DNA of 27,894 bases from Candidatus Hadarchaeales archaeon (GTDB taxonomy: Archaea; Hadarchaeota; Hadarchaeia; Hadarchaeales; JAWBSP01): assembly GCA_038842485.1 (NCBI GenBank), contig JAWBSP010000015.1, positions 1 to 27,894 of the forward strand, in the 5' to 3' direction. The notes under the pieces were generated by a model, which worked only from the letters and a program-made list of their open reading frames with translations, searched no databases and had not been told where the DNA came from. The position numbers and the translations under genes were made by a program. Positions 1 to 8,806 of this stretch are shown here, piece by piece. The number at the start of each line of letters is the position of its first letter. Positions within the stretch are counted from its first letter, which is position 1.

Positions 1-241
1 GTTGCCTCGCCTCCTCGGGCGAGATCCCGTCCACCCTTTGCCAGCCGTGCATCAAGGCGTTGGCGCGCATGCCGACGTCGATCTTGCGGAGGTAGAGGGC
101 CATCTCCTTTTGAAGACCGTAAATCTCCTCCAAAATTCTCTGGTTAGAATTCAGAATCCGTTGGGTCGAACGGGTGGTGATGATCTGGGCGGCTATGATG
201 GAGATGCCCAAGCCGAGGAGGCTGATCAGTTCCGCCATCAT
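1..241 (-). CDS. hypothetical protein with N-terminal membrane helix and heptad/coiled-coil segment (3' end outside the window; not in the ORF track)
   Basis: ATG at 241, open to the edge: MMAELISLLGLGISIIAAQIITTRSTQRILNSNQRILEEIYGLQKEMALYLRKIDVGMRANALMHGWQRVDGISPEEARQ. TTTAAA lies about 40 nt upstream. Confidence 0.7.
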   Translation of the reverse strand, partial: MMAELISLLGLGISIIAAQIITTRSTQRILNSNQRILEEIYGLQKEMALYLRKIDVGMRANALMHGWQRVDGISPEEARQ

Positions 242-505
242 AATGTTCGCCTCTCGGTCTAATTTCTGCAACGGTCTCCTTTAAAGCGGAAAAAGGTGGT
301 TCTTTCCCAAATTCAGGAGGTATACGGCAAGTAATGAAACGAAAATCTAAGATTTGATACCGGGGCTCCAACCGGCGGGGATGCCAGTCAGGAGGTGTGG
401 GGCCCGACCCGTCGGTTCTGGCTGCCGCTAGGGCTTTCCGGGCGTTCGGTTGGTTATTGGCTTTCGCTCCAAAAAGCTGATGTCCCCCTAATGCGGGAGT
501 CTCAA

Positions 506-513
506 TTTTATAA
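506..513 (+). promoter_or_regulatory. TATA box for nob1
   Basis: TTTTATAA about 30 nt upstream of GTG 537. It overlaps the track's ATG 513, so the true start is probably 537. Confidence 0.6.
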
Positions 514-536
514 TGTGCCGAAAGCATGGGGAGGGA

Positions 537-1013
537 GTGTATGTTCTGGATACCTCCTCCTTCATCTGCCATCCCGGTCCGCTCGAGGGATTCACCGTCA
601 GCGAGGTGCTGGAGGAGGCGAAGAGCCTGTCCGCACGCATGAGAAGCTCCTTGGAGCACGTTAAGATCCTCACGCCCTCAAGCGCCTCCGTCGAAGAGGT
701 GAGCAAACTGGCGGGGAGAATGGGTGAAAAACTCTCCAAGACCGACCTAAAGATTCTAGCCCTCGCGTTGGATCTGGAGAGGGAGGGAAAGAACCCAGTG
801 ATCCTCACGGACGACTACTCCATTCAAAACCTGGCTGGGATGCTGGGAATGAAGTTCTCGAGTCTCAACACGCCCGGAATTAAAAGGATACTTCGGTGGA
901 GATTGGTCTGCCCTTCCTGCGGGAAAAGCTATCCATCCTCTGAGCGGGAGTGCAGAATCTGCGGCTCCCCGCTGGTGAGGAAACCCGGGATATATCGCCC
1001 CAAAAGGGTTTAG
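537..1013 (+). CDS. nob1: Nob1 endonuclease (PIN domain + zinc ribbon), 16S rRNA 3' maturation
   Basis: YVLDTS, LSKTDLKILALA and ILTDDYSIQN PIN motifs; C-terminal CPSC..CRICG ribbon. Confidence 0.9.
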   Translation: MYVLDTSSFICHPGPLEGFTVSEVLEEAKSLSARMRSSLEHVKILTPSSASVEEVSKLAGRMGEKLSKTDLKILALALDLEREGKNPVILTDDYSIQNLAGMLGMKFSSLNTPGIKRILRWRLVCPSCGKSYPSSERECRICGSPLVRKPGIYRPKRV

Positions 1014-1015
1014 TG

Positions 1016-1690
1016 ATGAAAATTATCAGGGGCAGGGAAAGGGAGAGCCTAGTTATATTGAGGGAGGCCTGCAGCAAGATTTCGGAGATGGAGACCTGCT
1101 GTCGGGAGTTCCTGAAGGCTTTCTTCATGGAAAAGAACCTCTCAAAGGCTGAAACACTGGGGAAACGAATTACCCAGCTGGAAACGAAAGCTGATGCAAA
1201 CAGGAGAGATTTCATCAAGAGGCTCTACAGTGGGGCCTTTCTTCCAGCCCTCAGGGGAGATCTGGTAGAGCTAGCCGAGAAGTTGGACAAGGTTGCCGAC
1301 ATCATCGAGGAAACCGTTGGATGCGCGTTGCTGAGGGAGAAGCTCCTCTCAAAATTGGGAGGAAAAGCCAAAGAAGTGGGCGGCAGGTTGGAGAGGATAG
1401 CCGAGAAATCAGGTCTGGCGGTGAAGCGTTTGGTTGAAGCAGTCGGTCTCCTGTTCACGGATTGGGACAAAACGCTCCTGAAAGTGGAGGAGATTCAAGA
1501 GCTGGAGCACGAATCCGACCTGTTCGGAGCGGAGTTCAGAGTTTGGCTCTCGGAGGAGATGGAGAACAGGCTGGATGCACTCAGCATGGTACAGCTCGGA
1601 GAAATCAGTAGAAAATTGGGGGAAATTTCGGACGCGGCCGAGGATGCTGGGGATGTCCTCCTGAGACTAATTTCTGGGATCAGGGGCTGA
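1016..1690 (+). CDS. DUF47 / PhoU-like phosphate transport regulator
   Basis: LETKADANRR..LYSGAFLPALRGDL..LDKVAD and ELEHESD..ISDAAEDAGD duplicated helical-bundle motifs. ATG 1016 follows the nob1 stop. Confidence 0.88.
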   Translation: MKIIRGRERESLVILREACSKISEMETCCREFLKAFFMEKNLSKAETLGKRITQLETKADANRRDFIKRLYSGAFLPALRGDLVELAEKLDKVADIIEETVGCALLREKLLSKLGGKAKEVGGRLERIAEKSGLAVKRLVEAVGLLFTDWDKTLLKVEEIQELEHESDLFGAEFRVWLSEEMENRLDALSMVQLGEISRKLGEISDAAEDAGDVLLRLISGIRG

Positions 1691-2636
1691 GACCCAAAGA
1701 GAAAAGCAGGGAAAGGGCAAACCCGGCGAGAGGAGAGAGAATCCAGCCGAGGAGAATCCTTCTCACCCTTGAGAAATCAACTGCTGTGACTCCCTTCACC
1801 AGCCCCGCGCCCATTACCGAGCCCACTAGGGCCTGGGTCATGGAAACGGGAGACCCCATCTGGACGAAGCTCCACACTGAAAGGGAGGCGGCGAGTTGGG
1901 TGGGCAGTGCCAGCACCGGATCCAGCCTTGTTATCCCTTTCCCCACCGTCAGAACGGTTCTCTCGCTGAGCACCAGGGTCCCCAAAACGACCATCAGCCC
2001 CATCCCCAAGAGGAGCCACCTGCTTTGACCCAAGGCGGTAGCCACACCCAAGAGCGTGCCACCGTCGTTAGCACCATTGGAGTATCCCACATAAAAGGAG
2101 ACAGAAGGTAACAGAAATCTAAGTACACGATTCAGTGTCAAGAGATTCTTCACCCTGCCCAGCAGTTTCAGAAAGAGGTGGGAGAGGAGAAGGGAAAACC
2201 CCATGGAAAGAAGGGGGGCGAGCACCCAGCCCGTCACCACCAACCCAAACCTTCCAGCCTCCAGCCTGAGCCCGCCACCTAGTACCAAGCCAGCGCCCAA
2301 CAGGGAGGCAACCAAGGTCTGAGTGGTGGAGATGGGGAGACCCACGAGGAGAAAGGGGAGATGACAGAGGAAGGTCGAAAGACAGACCGCTATGGCTGCA
2401 ACGGGGACCAGCTCGAAGAACCCTCCTCCCTCTCCGAACACGAGCCCCCGGGCCACCGTTCCTCCCACCTTCCCCCCTTCTAGGAGCATGCCCAGAAACA
2501 TGGCGAGAGCCGAGAGGAGGAGCGCCCTGCGGAGCGTGAGGAGCCTGCTGCCCACCACGGTCGAGATGGAGTTGCAGGTGTCTCCCGCCCCGATGGAGAA
2601 AGCAAGAAGGAGAATGAAGAGAGCAGGGAGTATCAT
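1680..2636 (-). CDS. PiT family inorganic phosphate transporter
   Basis: Hydrophobic; two PiT signature variants (GAGDTCNS, GANDGG); PISTTQ and PVSMTQ; TVGKGIT; adjacent to DUF47. Confidence 0.9.
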   Translation of the reverse strand: MILPALFILLLAFSIGAGDTCNSISTVVGSRLLTLRRALLLSALAMFLGMLLEGGKVGGTVARGLVFGEGGGFFELVPVAAIAVCLSTFLCHLPFLLVGLPISTTQTLVASLLGAGLVLGGGLRLEAGRFGLVVTGWVLAPLLSMGFSLLLSHLFLKLLGRVKNLLTLNRVLRFLLPSVSFYVGYSNGANDGGTLLGVATALGQSRWLLLGMGLMVVLGTLVLSERTVLTVGKGITRLDPVLALPTQLAASLSVWSFVQMGSPVSMTQALVGSVMGAGLVKGVTAVDFSRVRRILLGWILSPLAGFALSLLFSLGLSP

Positions 2637-2661
2637 TTAATTTTCTCCCCCTTGAGCGGGG

Positions 2662-3558
2662 ATGGGCTCGCTGGCTGAACAGCTCGCCTTTCTCTTCTCC
2701 CCCATCTTGGTGGGAGTGCTTGTACGCAGGTTGGGGCTGCGCTCGCTCTTCTGGTTCCTCGGGGTTCTCACCACCTGGGTCATCCTTCCCCTGCTCGCCT
2801 TCGTGTACGTGGGTGGCTTGACCCCCAGAGACATTGTGACCTTCTCGGGTGCCATGGTGCTTGCGGTGGTGGGGGTGGCGGCCTGCTTCTTCGCGGTTCT
2901 TCCACTAACTTTCAGCCTGTCCAAAGAGGAGGGAGCGGCAATGGTGTTAAACTCATCCTTCATGAACGTCGCCCACCTCGGTCTTCCGGTCGTCTATGCC
3001 AAGCTGGGGTTCGAATACATGGCCCCAGCCGTCCTCTACTCGGTAACGGTTGCGGTGCTCAACCTCTTTCTCGGAACCCTCCTCATGCACCTGTTGATAT
3101 CCAGAACCCCAAGCCTCCGGCATATCTTCGCCCAGACCTTCACCTTCCCGGCCGTCGCGCTCCTGCTGCTCGCCCTCCTCCTCGTCTACCTGCATGCGCC
3201 CCTTCCCCAAGATTTCAGGGGCTTCTTCTCGAAATGGATCTCCCCCTGCTTCCTTCTGATCCTCCTCCTCCAAATGGGCTACCATCTCAGAATCGAGGCC
3301 TCAAGAAAATACGCCAAGCACGTATCAGCGGTCGGACTAGCCCGCTTCGTTCTCTGCCCGCTGGTGACCGTCGCCACCTGCCACCTGCTCGGGCTGAAGT
3401 CTGAGCTCCTGACCAGACCTGCCCTCTACCTCTCCATGATGCCCCCTGCCTTCTTCAATCTCATTCTGGCGCAGTCGCTAGGCCTCGACCCCAGACCCTA
3501 TTCCCTAGTTCTCTTCTCCCTCACCCTGCTTTCCTTCCCCCTCTTCCTGCTCCTTTGA
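2662..3558 (+). CDS. AEC (auxin efflux carrier-like) family transporter
   Basis: About 10 hydrophobic segments; FMNVAHLGLPV and SMMPPAFF crossover motifs. Confidence 0.82.
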   Translation: MGSLAEQLAFLFSPILVGVLVRRLGLRSLFWFLGVLTTWVILPLLAFVYVGGLTPRDIVTFSGAMVLAVVGVAACFFAVLPLTFSLSKEEGAAMVLNSSFMNVAHLGLPVVYAKLGFEYMAPAVLYSVTVAVLNLFLGTLLMHLLISRTPSLRHIFAQTFTFPAVALLLLALLLVYLHAPLPQDFRGFFSKWISPCFLLILLLQMGYHLRIEASRKYAKHVSAVGLARFVLCPLVTVATCHLLGLKSELLTRPALYLSMMPPAFFNLILAQSLGLDPRPYSLVLFSLTLLSFPLFLLL

Positions 3559-5013
3559 GTAGAAGAGGGGTCCGGCATCTCTGAATCTAAGCTTGCCACT
3601 TATGAGCCCGGCGAGGATCTGAACGGGCTCGCTCACCCTCACCTGCTCCGCGGTGTCCCTGTCTCTGATGGTCACGCTCCCATCTGCGAGGGTCTGGTAA
3701 TCGATGGTCACGCAGTAGGGGATGCCCACCTCGTCGGCCCTCACGTACCTCCTGCCGATGGAACCGGACTCGTCGTAAATGGTGGGGAAGTGTTTCCTGC
3801 ACTCTTGGTAGATTTCCTGCGCCCTTGCCGACAAATCCTCCTTGGGCATGAGGGGAAAAACCCCTACTTGGATGGGTGCGAGATCGGCTTTAAGCCTGAG
3901 GAACCTCCTCTTTCCCTGCTGGGTGTACGCCTGCTCAAGCACGCAGTAGAAAATCCTGTCAATTCCAAAGGACGGCTCAATCACATGGGGGAAAAACTTC
4001 CTCCCCCCAACCGTCACGGAGAGATCCACCCCGCTGAAGGAGCTGTGCCTCGAAAGATCGTAGTCGGTTCGATAGGCTATCCCCGCCACCTCCACCCAGC
4101 CGAACTGACGCGTCAGGACCTCCAAATCAAAGGTCTGGGAGGAGTAGTGGGCCCTCTCGGCCGGCTTCTGCTCCCTGAACCTCAACCTCTCCTCCTGCAG
4201 ACCCACCTCCAAAAGGAAGCGCTTGGCGAGGGCGAGCTGGTGGGCCATCATCTCGTTGCACACGAGCTTGCCAGCCGCCGCCTCCCCTGCCGTCACCTCC
4301 ACCTCCCCGCTCGCCAAGAGTAACCTCAGCTTCTCATCCGCCAAAAAAGCCGGGGGGCGGGGGTTCTGGGGGTCGAAAAACACCTCGGCCTCAGCCATGG
4401 TGAACTCCCTCAACCTTATCACCCCCTGCCTAGGGGAGATCTCGTTACGATACCCCTTCCCCACCGTCACCACACCTAGCGGGAGCTTTCCCCTGCCGTG
4501 CCTGAAGAGACGCCTAAAGGCTATGAAGATCTGCTGCGCGGTTTCCGGCCTCATGAACCCGGGATGCTTGGAACCGGGACCGATGGAGGTGGAGAACATG
4601 ATGTTGAATTCCGAGAGGGAGAGTTCGCCGCCGCACGAGGCACATCTCACACCCTTCTCCCTCACCAGCTTCTCCACTTCCTCCTTCGGTAAGCCCTCCG
4701 TTTCCACCCCCCTTTCCTTCATGAGATCGGACATCCTGAAGCTCTCCCCGCAAGACTTGCACTGCCCCATGAGGTCGCTAAAGTGGTCAACATGCCCGCT
4801 CGCCTTCAGGACCTCGAAGGGAACCAGGGTCGGGGTTTCCAGCTGGAGATATCCCTCCCCCCAGATGTAGAACTCCTTCCACTTTCGAATCAGATTGTCC
4901 CTCAGGAGGGAACCCATGGGACCCAGGTCGTAAAAGCCGGCGGTGCCTCCGTAGATCTCAAAGGAGGGCCAGAGAAAGCCCCGCTCCTTGACAAGTTCCA
5001 TCAGCTCCTGCAT
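3505..5013 (-). CDS. glyS: glycine--tRNA ligase (alpha2 type)
   Basis: GFLWPSFEIYGG, ASGHVDHF, RPETAQ, RNEISPRQGVIRLREFTMAE, PHVIEPSFGIDR, SIGRRYVRADEVGIP. Confidence 0.97.
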   Translation of the reverse strand: MQELMELVKERGFLWPSFEIYGGTAGFYDLGPMGSLLRDNLIRKWKEFYIWGEGYLQLETPTLVPFEVLKASGHVDHFSDLMGQCKSCGESFRMSDLMKERGVETEGLPKEEVEKLVREKGVRCASCGGELSLSEFNIMFSTSIGPGSKHPGFMRPETAQQIFIAFRRLFRHGRGKLPLGVVTVGKGYRNEISPRQGVIRLREFTMAEAEVFFDPQNPRPPAFLADEKLRLLLASGEVEVTAGEAAAGKLVCNEMMAHQLALAKRFLLEVGLQEERLRFREQKPAERAHYSSQTFDLEVLTRQFGWVEVAGIAYRTDYDLSRHSSFSGVDLSVTVGGRKFFPHVIEPSFGIDRIFYCVLEQAYTQQGKRRFLRLKADLAPIQVGVFPLMPKEDLSARAQEIYQECRKHFPTIYDESGSIGRRYVRADEVGIPYCVTIDYQTLADGSVTIRDRDTAEQVRVSEPVQILAGLISGKLRFRDAGPLFYSKEQEEGEGKQGEGEEN

Positions 5014-5043
5014 TCAAAACCTCTCTTCGCCTCTAAAGTAGGC

Positions 5044-5089
5044 CGCGCAAACCGTGACGGTTTTGCGTGACGCTGCGGTTCCCGCCGCG
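5044..5089. repeat. two adjacent hairpins / inverted repeats between the CBS gene and glyS
   Basis: CGCGCAAACCG-TGA-CGGTTTTGCGTG (5044-5069) and CGCTGCGG-TTC-CCGCCGCG (5071-5089). Confidence 0.55.
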
Positions 5090-5090
5090 A

Positions 5091-5918
5091 TTACAGGACT
5101 TTTAAAAGATCCATATCGTACACGATGCCCACGAAACGTCCCTCTGCCGACACCACTGGAAGCTGCTCTATCCTGTGCTCCTTCATCAGGCGGGCGCTCT
5201 CGCTGACGGAGGTCTTCCGATCTATGGTGATGAGCTGGGTAGTCATGACCTCCCGCACGGCCTTCTCTGGAACGCTGAGGATTCGCTTGGTGATGTAAAT
5301 CCTATCCTCGGTATCCCAAGTCCAGCTGTCACCCTCCGTCCTCCCTGCCATCTGGCTCATCCTAGAACTCGTCTCGAGCTCACAAACCTTCACGATGTCC
5401 GAGTCATCCACCATGCCCACCAGATTCCCACTTGAATCAATGACTGGAAGAGCCCTGAGCCCAGCCAGGGACATTATCTCTAAAGTGGCTCTCAGCGGGG
5501 TTCCCTCCCAGATCGCAACGGTGCTAGAGGACATGAAGTTGGAGGCCGGAACCTCGAAGCCTTGAATCAGCACCCGGTAAACTATATCCCTAACGGTGAT
5601 CACCCCAACCAGCTTCCTCCCCTCAACCACGGGCAGTCTCCTCAGACGTCTTCCCAGCATTATCTGCGCACACTCCTTCAGATCCTGCGAGGGTGATACG
5701 GTCGGAACTTCCCTGTCCACCAGCATCGCGAGCTGATCCTCGTCGGGATGATCGAGAAGTCTCCTGAGCGTAATCATTCCTACGAACTCACCTGTCTCGC
5801 TCTTGAGTACTGGAACAGCGCTGACATCCAGTTCCTTCAGGAGCTCTAGAGCGCTCTCCCTCGTCCCCGGAATCTCGGCCCACTTCACTTTCTTGGTCAT
5901 TACCTCGCTTACCTTCAT
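5091..5918 (-). CDS. CBS domain protein (four CBS repeats)
   Basis: Four hPVh..GxhhGhh CBS units (SAVPVL, RRLPVV, RALPVI, EQLPVV). Confidence 0.92.
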   Translation of the reverse strand: MKVSEVMTKKVKWAEIPGTRESALELLKELDVSAVPVLKSETGEFVGMITLRRLLDHPDEDQLAMLVDREVPTVSPSQDLKECAQIMLGRRLRRLPVVEGRKLVGVITVRDIVYRVLIQGFEVPASNFMSSSTVAIWEGTPLRATLEIMSLAGLRALPVIDSSGNLVGMVDDSDIVKVCELETSSRMSQMAGRTEGDSWTWDTEDRIYITKRILSVPEKAVREVMTTQLITIDRKTSVSESARLMKEHRIEQLPVVSAEGRFVGIVYDMDLLKVL

Positions 5919-5935
5919 CTTTTTCTATCACGGCA

Positions 5936-5988
5936 GTTGAGAAAAGCCTATCGCCCGAAATCTGAAGTTCCCCTAGGCTTTTCAAAAC
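5936..5988. repeat. inverted repeat in the divergent CBS/pyrG promoter region
   Basis: GAAAAGCCTA (5941-5950) and TAGGCTTTTC (5974-5983) form a perfect 10-bp IR, extending to 13/15 with flanks. Confidence 0.65.
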
Positions 5989-5992
5989 GGTG

Positions 5993-6000
5993 TATAAATA
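5993..6000 (+). promoter_or_regulatory. TATA box for pyrG
   Basis: TATAAATA 30 nt upstream of TTG 6023. Confidence 0.7.
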
Positions 6001-6022
6001 CCGGACCTAGAGTAGATAACTG

Positions 6023-7621
6023 TTGAAGTACATCATGGTTACAGGGGGGGTGATGAGCGGGCTGGGAAAGGGACTCACCACCGCCTCGCTCGGAAGACTC
6101 CTGCAGGCTAGGGGGCTAAAAGTAACGGCCATCAAGATAGATCCATACCTGAACGTTGATGCTGGCACTATGAACCCCTTCGAGCATGGAGAAATCTTCG
6201 TAACAGATGACGGGGGTGAGATAGACCTCGATATGGGGCACTACGAGCGGTTCCTAGACATCAATCTGACTAAGGACCACAACCTAACCACCGGTCAGGT
6301 CTACTACGCGGTGATCTCTAGAGAGCGGAGAGGGGAATACCTCGGCCGCACGGTCCAGATCATTCCGCATGTGGTGGACGAGATAAAGCGGAGAATAAGG
6401 GAGGTGGCCCACAAGAGCGGGTCCGACATCTGTCTGGTGGAGATAGGGGGCACAGTTGGAGACATTGAGGGGATGCCTTTCTTGGAGGCGGTCAGGCAAA
6501 TGAGGTTAGAGGAGGGACCAACCAACACCCTCTTCATCCACGTGACCCTCGTCCCCTCGGCGGGGGCGGCTGGAGAGCAGAAAACCAAGCCCACCCAGCA
6601 CAGCGTGAAACAGTTGCGGGAACTGGGAATCTCCCCCGACCTCATCATCTGCCGCTCGAGGGAGCCCCTGACGGCCGAATCCAAGCGCAAGATCTCGCTC
6701 TTCTGTAATGTGTGGGAAAATGAGGTTTTCAGCGCCGTGGATGTGGAGAACATCTACGAGCTACCCCTGCTCTTGGAACGCGAGAACTTGAGTTCCATCG
6801 TGCTGCAGAAGCTGGGCCTGAGGCCGGGAGAGATCAACCTAACCGAGTGGGAGAGGATGGTTTCCAGAATGAAAAACCCGAGCAGGTTCATAAAGGTGGG
6901 GATGGTGGGAAAGTACGTGAGATTCACGGACACTTACCTCAGCATCTATGAGGCCCTCAGACATGCGGCGGCTAAGAATGGGGTGGGATTGGAGGTGAAG
7001 TGGGTGAGCGCGGAACAGCTGGAGGGGGGGACGCTGGAGTTGCTCGAGGGCTGCCAGGGTGTGGTCATCCCGGGGGGCTTCGGGGCGAGAGGAGCGGAGG
7101 GGAAAATCCTCGCCATAAAATGGGCCAGGGAGAGGGGTGTGCCCCTTCTAGGACTGTGCTTCGGTTTCCAGCTGGCAGTGGTGGAGTTCGCACGGAACGT
7201 GGTGGGACTGGAGGGGGCGAACAGCGTGGAGGTGGATCCTTCCACTCCTCACCCCGTGGTGGACCTCCTTCCGGAGCAGAGGGAAGTTAAGGAGCTGGGT
7301 GGAACCATGAGACTCGGGGCCCAGGAGGTCGTAATCGAGAAGGGCACCCGCGCCTTTCAGATTTACGGAGCAGAGCGGATCTTCGAGAGACACCGGCACC
7401 GGTACGAGGTGAATCCCGAGTACCTCCCCCAGCTCACGGGGCACGGCCTCGTGTTCTCTGGGAAGAGCCCAGACGGCAGGAGAATGGAAATCTTGGAGAT
7501 ACCCAACCACCCGTTCTTCCTTGCCACCCAGTTCCACCCAGAGTTCAAGTCCAGGCCACTGCGTCCTGCCCCCGTTTTTGACGCCTTCCTCAAGGCCTGC
7601 CTCTCAAAATCAGAATCCTGA
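6023..7621 (+). CDS. pyrG: CTP synthase
   Basis: [53 protein letters not shown]. Confidence 0.98.
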   Translation: MKYIMVTGGVMSGLGKGLTTASLGRLLQARGLKVTAIKIDPYLNVDAGTMNPFEHGEIFVTDDGGEIDLDMGHYERFLDINLTKDHNLTTGQVYYAVISRERRGEYLGRTVQIIPHVVDEIKRRIREVAHKSGSDICLVEIGGTVGDIEGMPFLEAVRQMRLEEGPTNTLFIHVTLVPSAGAAGEQKTKPTQHSVKQLRELGISPDLIICRSREPLTAESKRKISLFCNVWENEVFSAVDVENIYELPLLLERENLSSIVLQKLGLRPGEINLTEWERMVSRMKNPSRFIKVGMVGKYVRFTDTYLSIYEALRHAAAKNGVGLEVKWVSAEQLEGGTLELLEGCQGVVIPGGFGARGAEGKILAIKWARERGVPLLGLCFGFQLAVVEFARNVVGLEGANSVEVDPSTPHPVVDLLPEQREVKELGGTMRLGAQEVVIEKGTRAFQIYGAERIFERHRHRYEVNPEYLPQLTGHGLVFSGKSPDGRRMEILEIPNHPFFLATQFHPEFKSRPLRPAPVFDAFLKACLSKSES

Positions 7622-7652
7622 GTGGTTCTTATATTCACGGGAGAATTTTGTC

Positions 7653-8321
7653 ATGTGGAAATTGGATGCAAAAGTGGTAGAGCGCTACCCCGGTTTCTGC
7701 GCTGGATATGGAAACATCAGCGGCCTCACGGTGGAGTCGACGGTCGAGGGATTGGTGGAAAGGAAACAGCAGATCTTTTCCGAGCTGAAAATGAAGTACG
7801 GAGAGGTCGAGATTGCCCAGGTGCCAGAAATCAAGCTCTACAGGAAGTTCTTCGTGGAGATGGGTGCCGACCCCTCGGCCTTCCGACCGGCGCCGGAGTA
7901 TCTTCTCCGGAGAGCGCTGGAGGATCGCTTTCCCTCCATCAACAATGTGGTGGACTCTTGTCTTCTGGCATCGGCTAGGCACTCGGTCGTGGCTGGAGTT
8001 TATGATCTAGAGAAGGTAGCCGGAACAGCCGTGACCTCCCTTGCGGAGACCAGCGAGGAACTACAGCTCATCGACGGGAGGAAAGTTTCCACCAAAATCG
8101 GGGAGGTGATCCTGAGGGATGACAAAAAAATTCTTGCGGCCTTTACTTCGGGAGACAGCAAGATCTCCATGGTCACCCCGAAGACCTCAAACGTTCTGGT
8201 CGTGGTTTGGAACGCGCCGGGAATCGAGCGCAAAAAAGTGGAGGATGCGCTCCAAGAAATCGCCCTCTACCTCAGGAAATACTGCGGCGGGCATGTAGAA
8301 GGAACGGCGGTTCTGCCCTAG
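7653..8321 (+). CDS. stand-alone B3/4 (PheRS beta editing-like) domain protein
   Basis: YRKFF..GADPS..RPAPEYLLRR..PSINNVVD..GVYDLEK..GEVILRDD. CTTATATT about 25 nt upstream of ATG 7653. Confidence 0.85.
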   Translation: MWKLDAKVVERYPGFCAGYGNISGLTVESTVEGLVERKQQIFSELKMKYGEVEIAQVPEIKLYRKFFVEMGADPSAFRPAPEYLLRRALEDRFPSINNVVDSCLLASARHSVVAGVYDLEKVAGTAVTSLAETSEELQLIDGRKVSTKIGEVILRDDKKILAAFTSGDSKISMVTPKTSNVLVVVWNAPGIERKKVEDALQEIALYLRKYCGGHVEGTAVLP

Positions 8322-8326
8322 TCACT

Positions 8327-8806
8327 CTAGAGTTTAGTCGCCCTCCTGACCTTCACCGCCACACCCGTGTCAAAGGCCATCATTTCCTCACCATTCAGCA
8401 CCGCCCTTCCCGTGGCTAGGAGCCTGTCCCGCTGATCCACCACCAGCACCTCCTCGGCGGGTCTGATTTCTGGGTCCGCCTCCAGCACGTGCTTGGCAAA
8501 CACATCCCTCCCCCTCCCCACAAAGGGCACCGCCTCCTCCGCCACCACCACCCTAAGCCGGGGGAACCTTATGGCAGAGTGAAGCCTAACCGCACCCTCC
8601 CTGTTCAGGACTATGAAACCATCGGAGGCCCTTATCGAGCAAATTGGCACCCCGCCGCTCCACACCTGCCTGATCTTCCCTCCGCGTCCCCTTACCAGCT
8701 GGAGTTCCCCCCTAAAAAGCGCCTCGCCAGCCCCCTGCCCGAACTGATAGTCCGCCACTGCCCTCAGCCTCTGCACCTCCTTTTCAGTTGGGACGGACCT
8801 CGGCAT
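8327..8806 (-). CDS. PUA-domain RNA-binding protein (similar to the C-terminal C2+PUA part of archaeosine TGT)
   Basis: LRAVADYQFGQGAG, SIRASDG, GRDVFAKHV..IRPAEEVLVVD..LLATGRA..GVAVKVR. Start is 8806 or 8818. Confidence 0.85.
   Translation of the reverse strand: MPRSVPTEKEVQRLRAVADYQFGQGAGEALFRGELQLVRGRGGKIRQVWSGGVPICSIRASDGFIVLNREGAVRLHSAIRFPRLRVVVAEEAVPFVGRGRDVFAKHVLEADPEIRPAEEVLVVDQRDRLLATGRAVLNGEEMMAFDTGVAVKVRRATKL

Noticed and set aside
334-357. Tiny ORF MKRKSKI with AGGAGG upstream
   Set aside because: Only 7 codons and the SD spacing is too long; likely chance.
460-490. Hairpin followed by GCTGATGTCCCCCTA, resembling the 3' end of a fluoride riboswitch
   Set aside because: The required 5' GGNGAUGRRGYYCNCC P1 module and AAAC linker are absent, and the downstream gene is nob1.
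144-664. Track ORFs 144-659 (-), 395-664 (+) and 2-262 (+)
   Set aside because: They overlap nob1 or the minus-strand edge gene and show no protein-like motifs.
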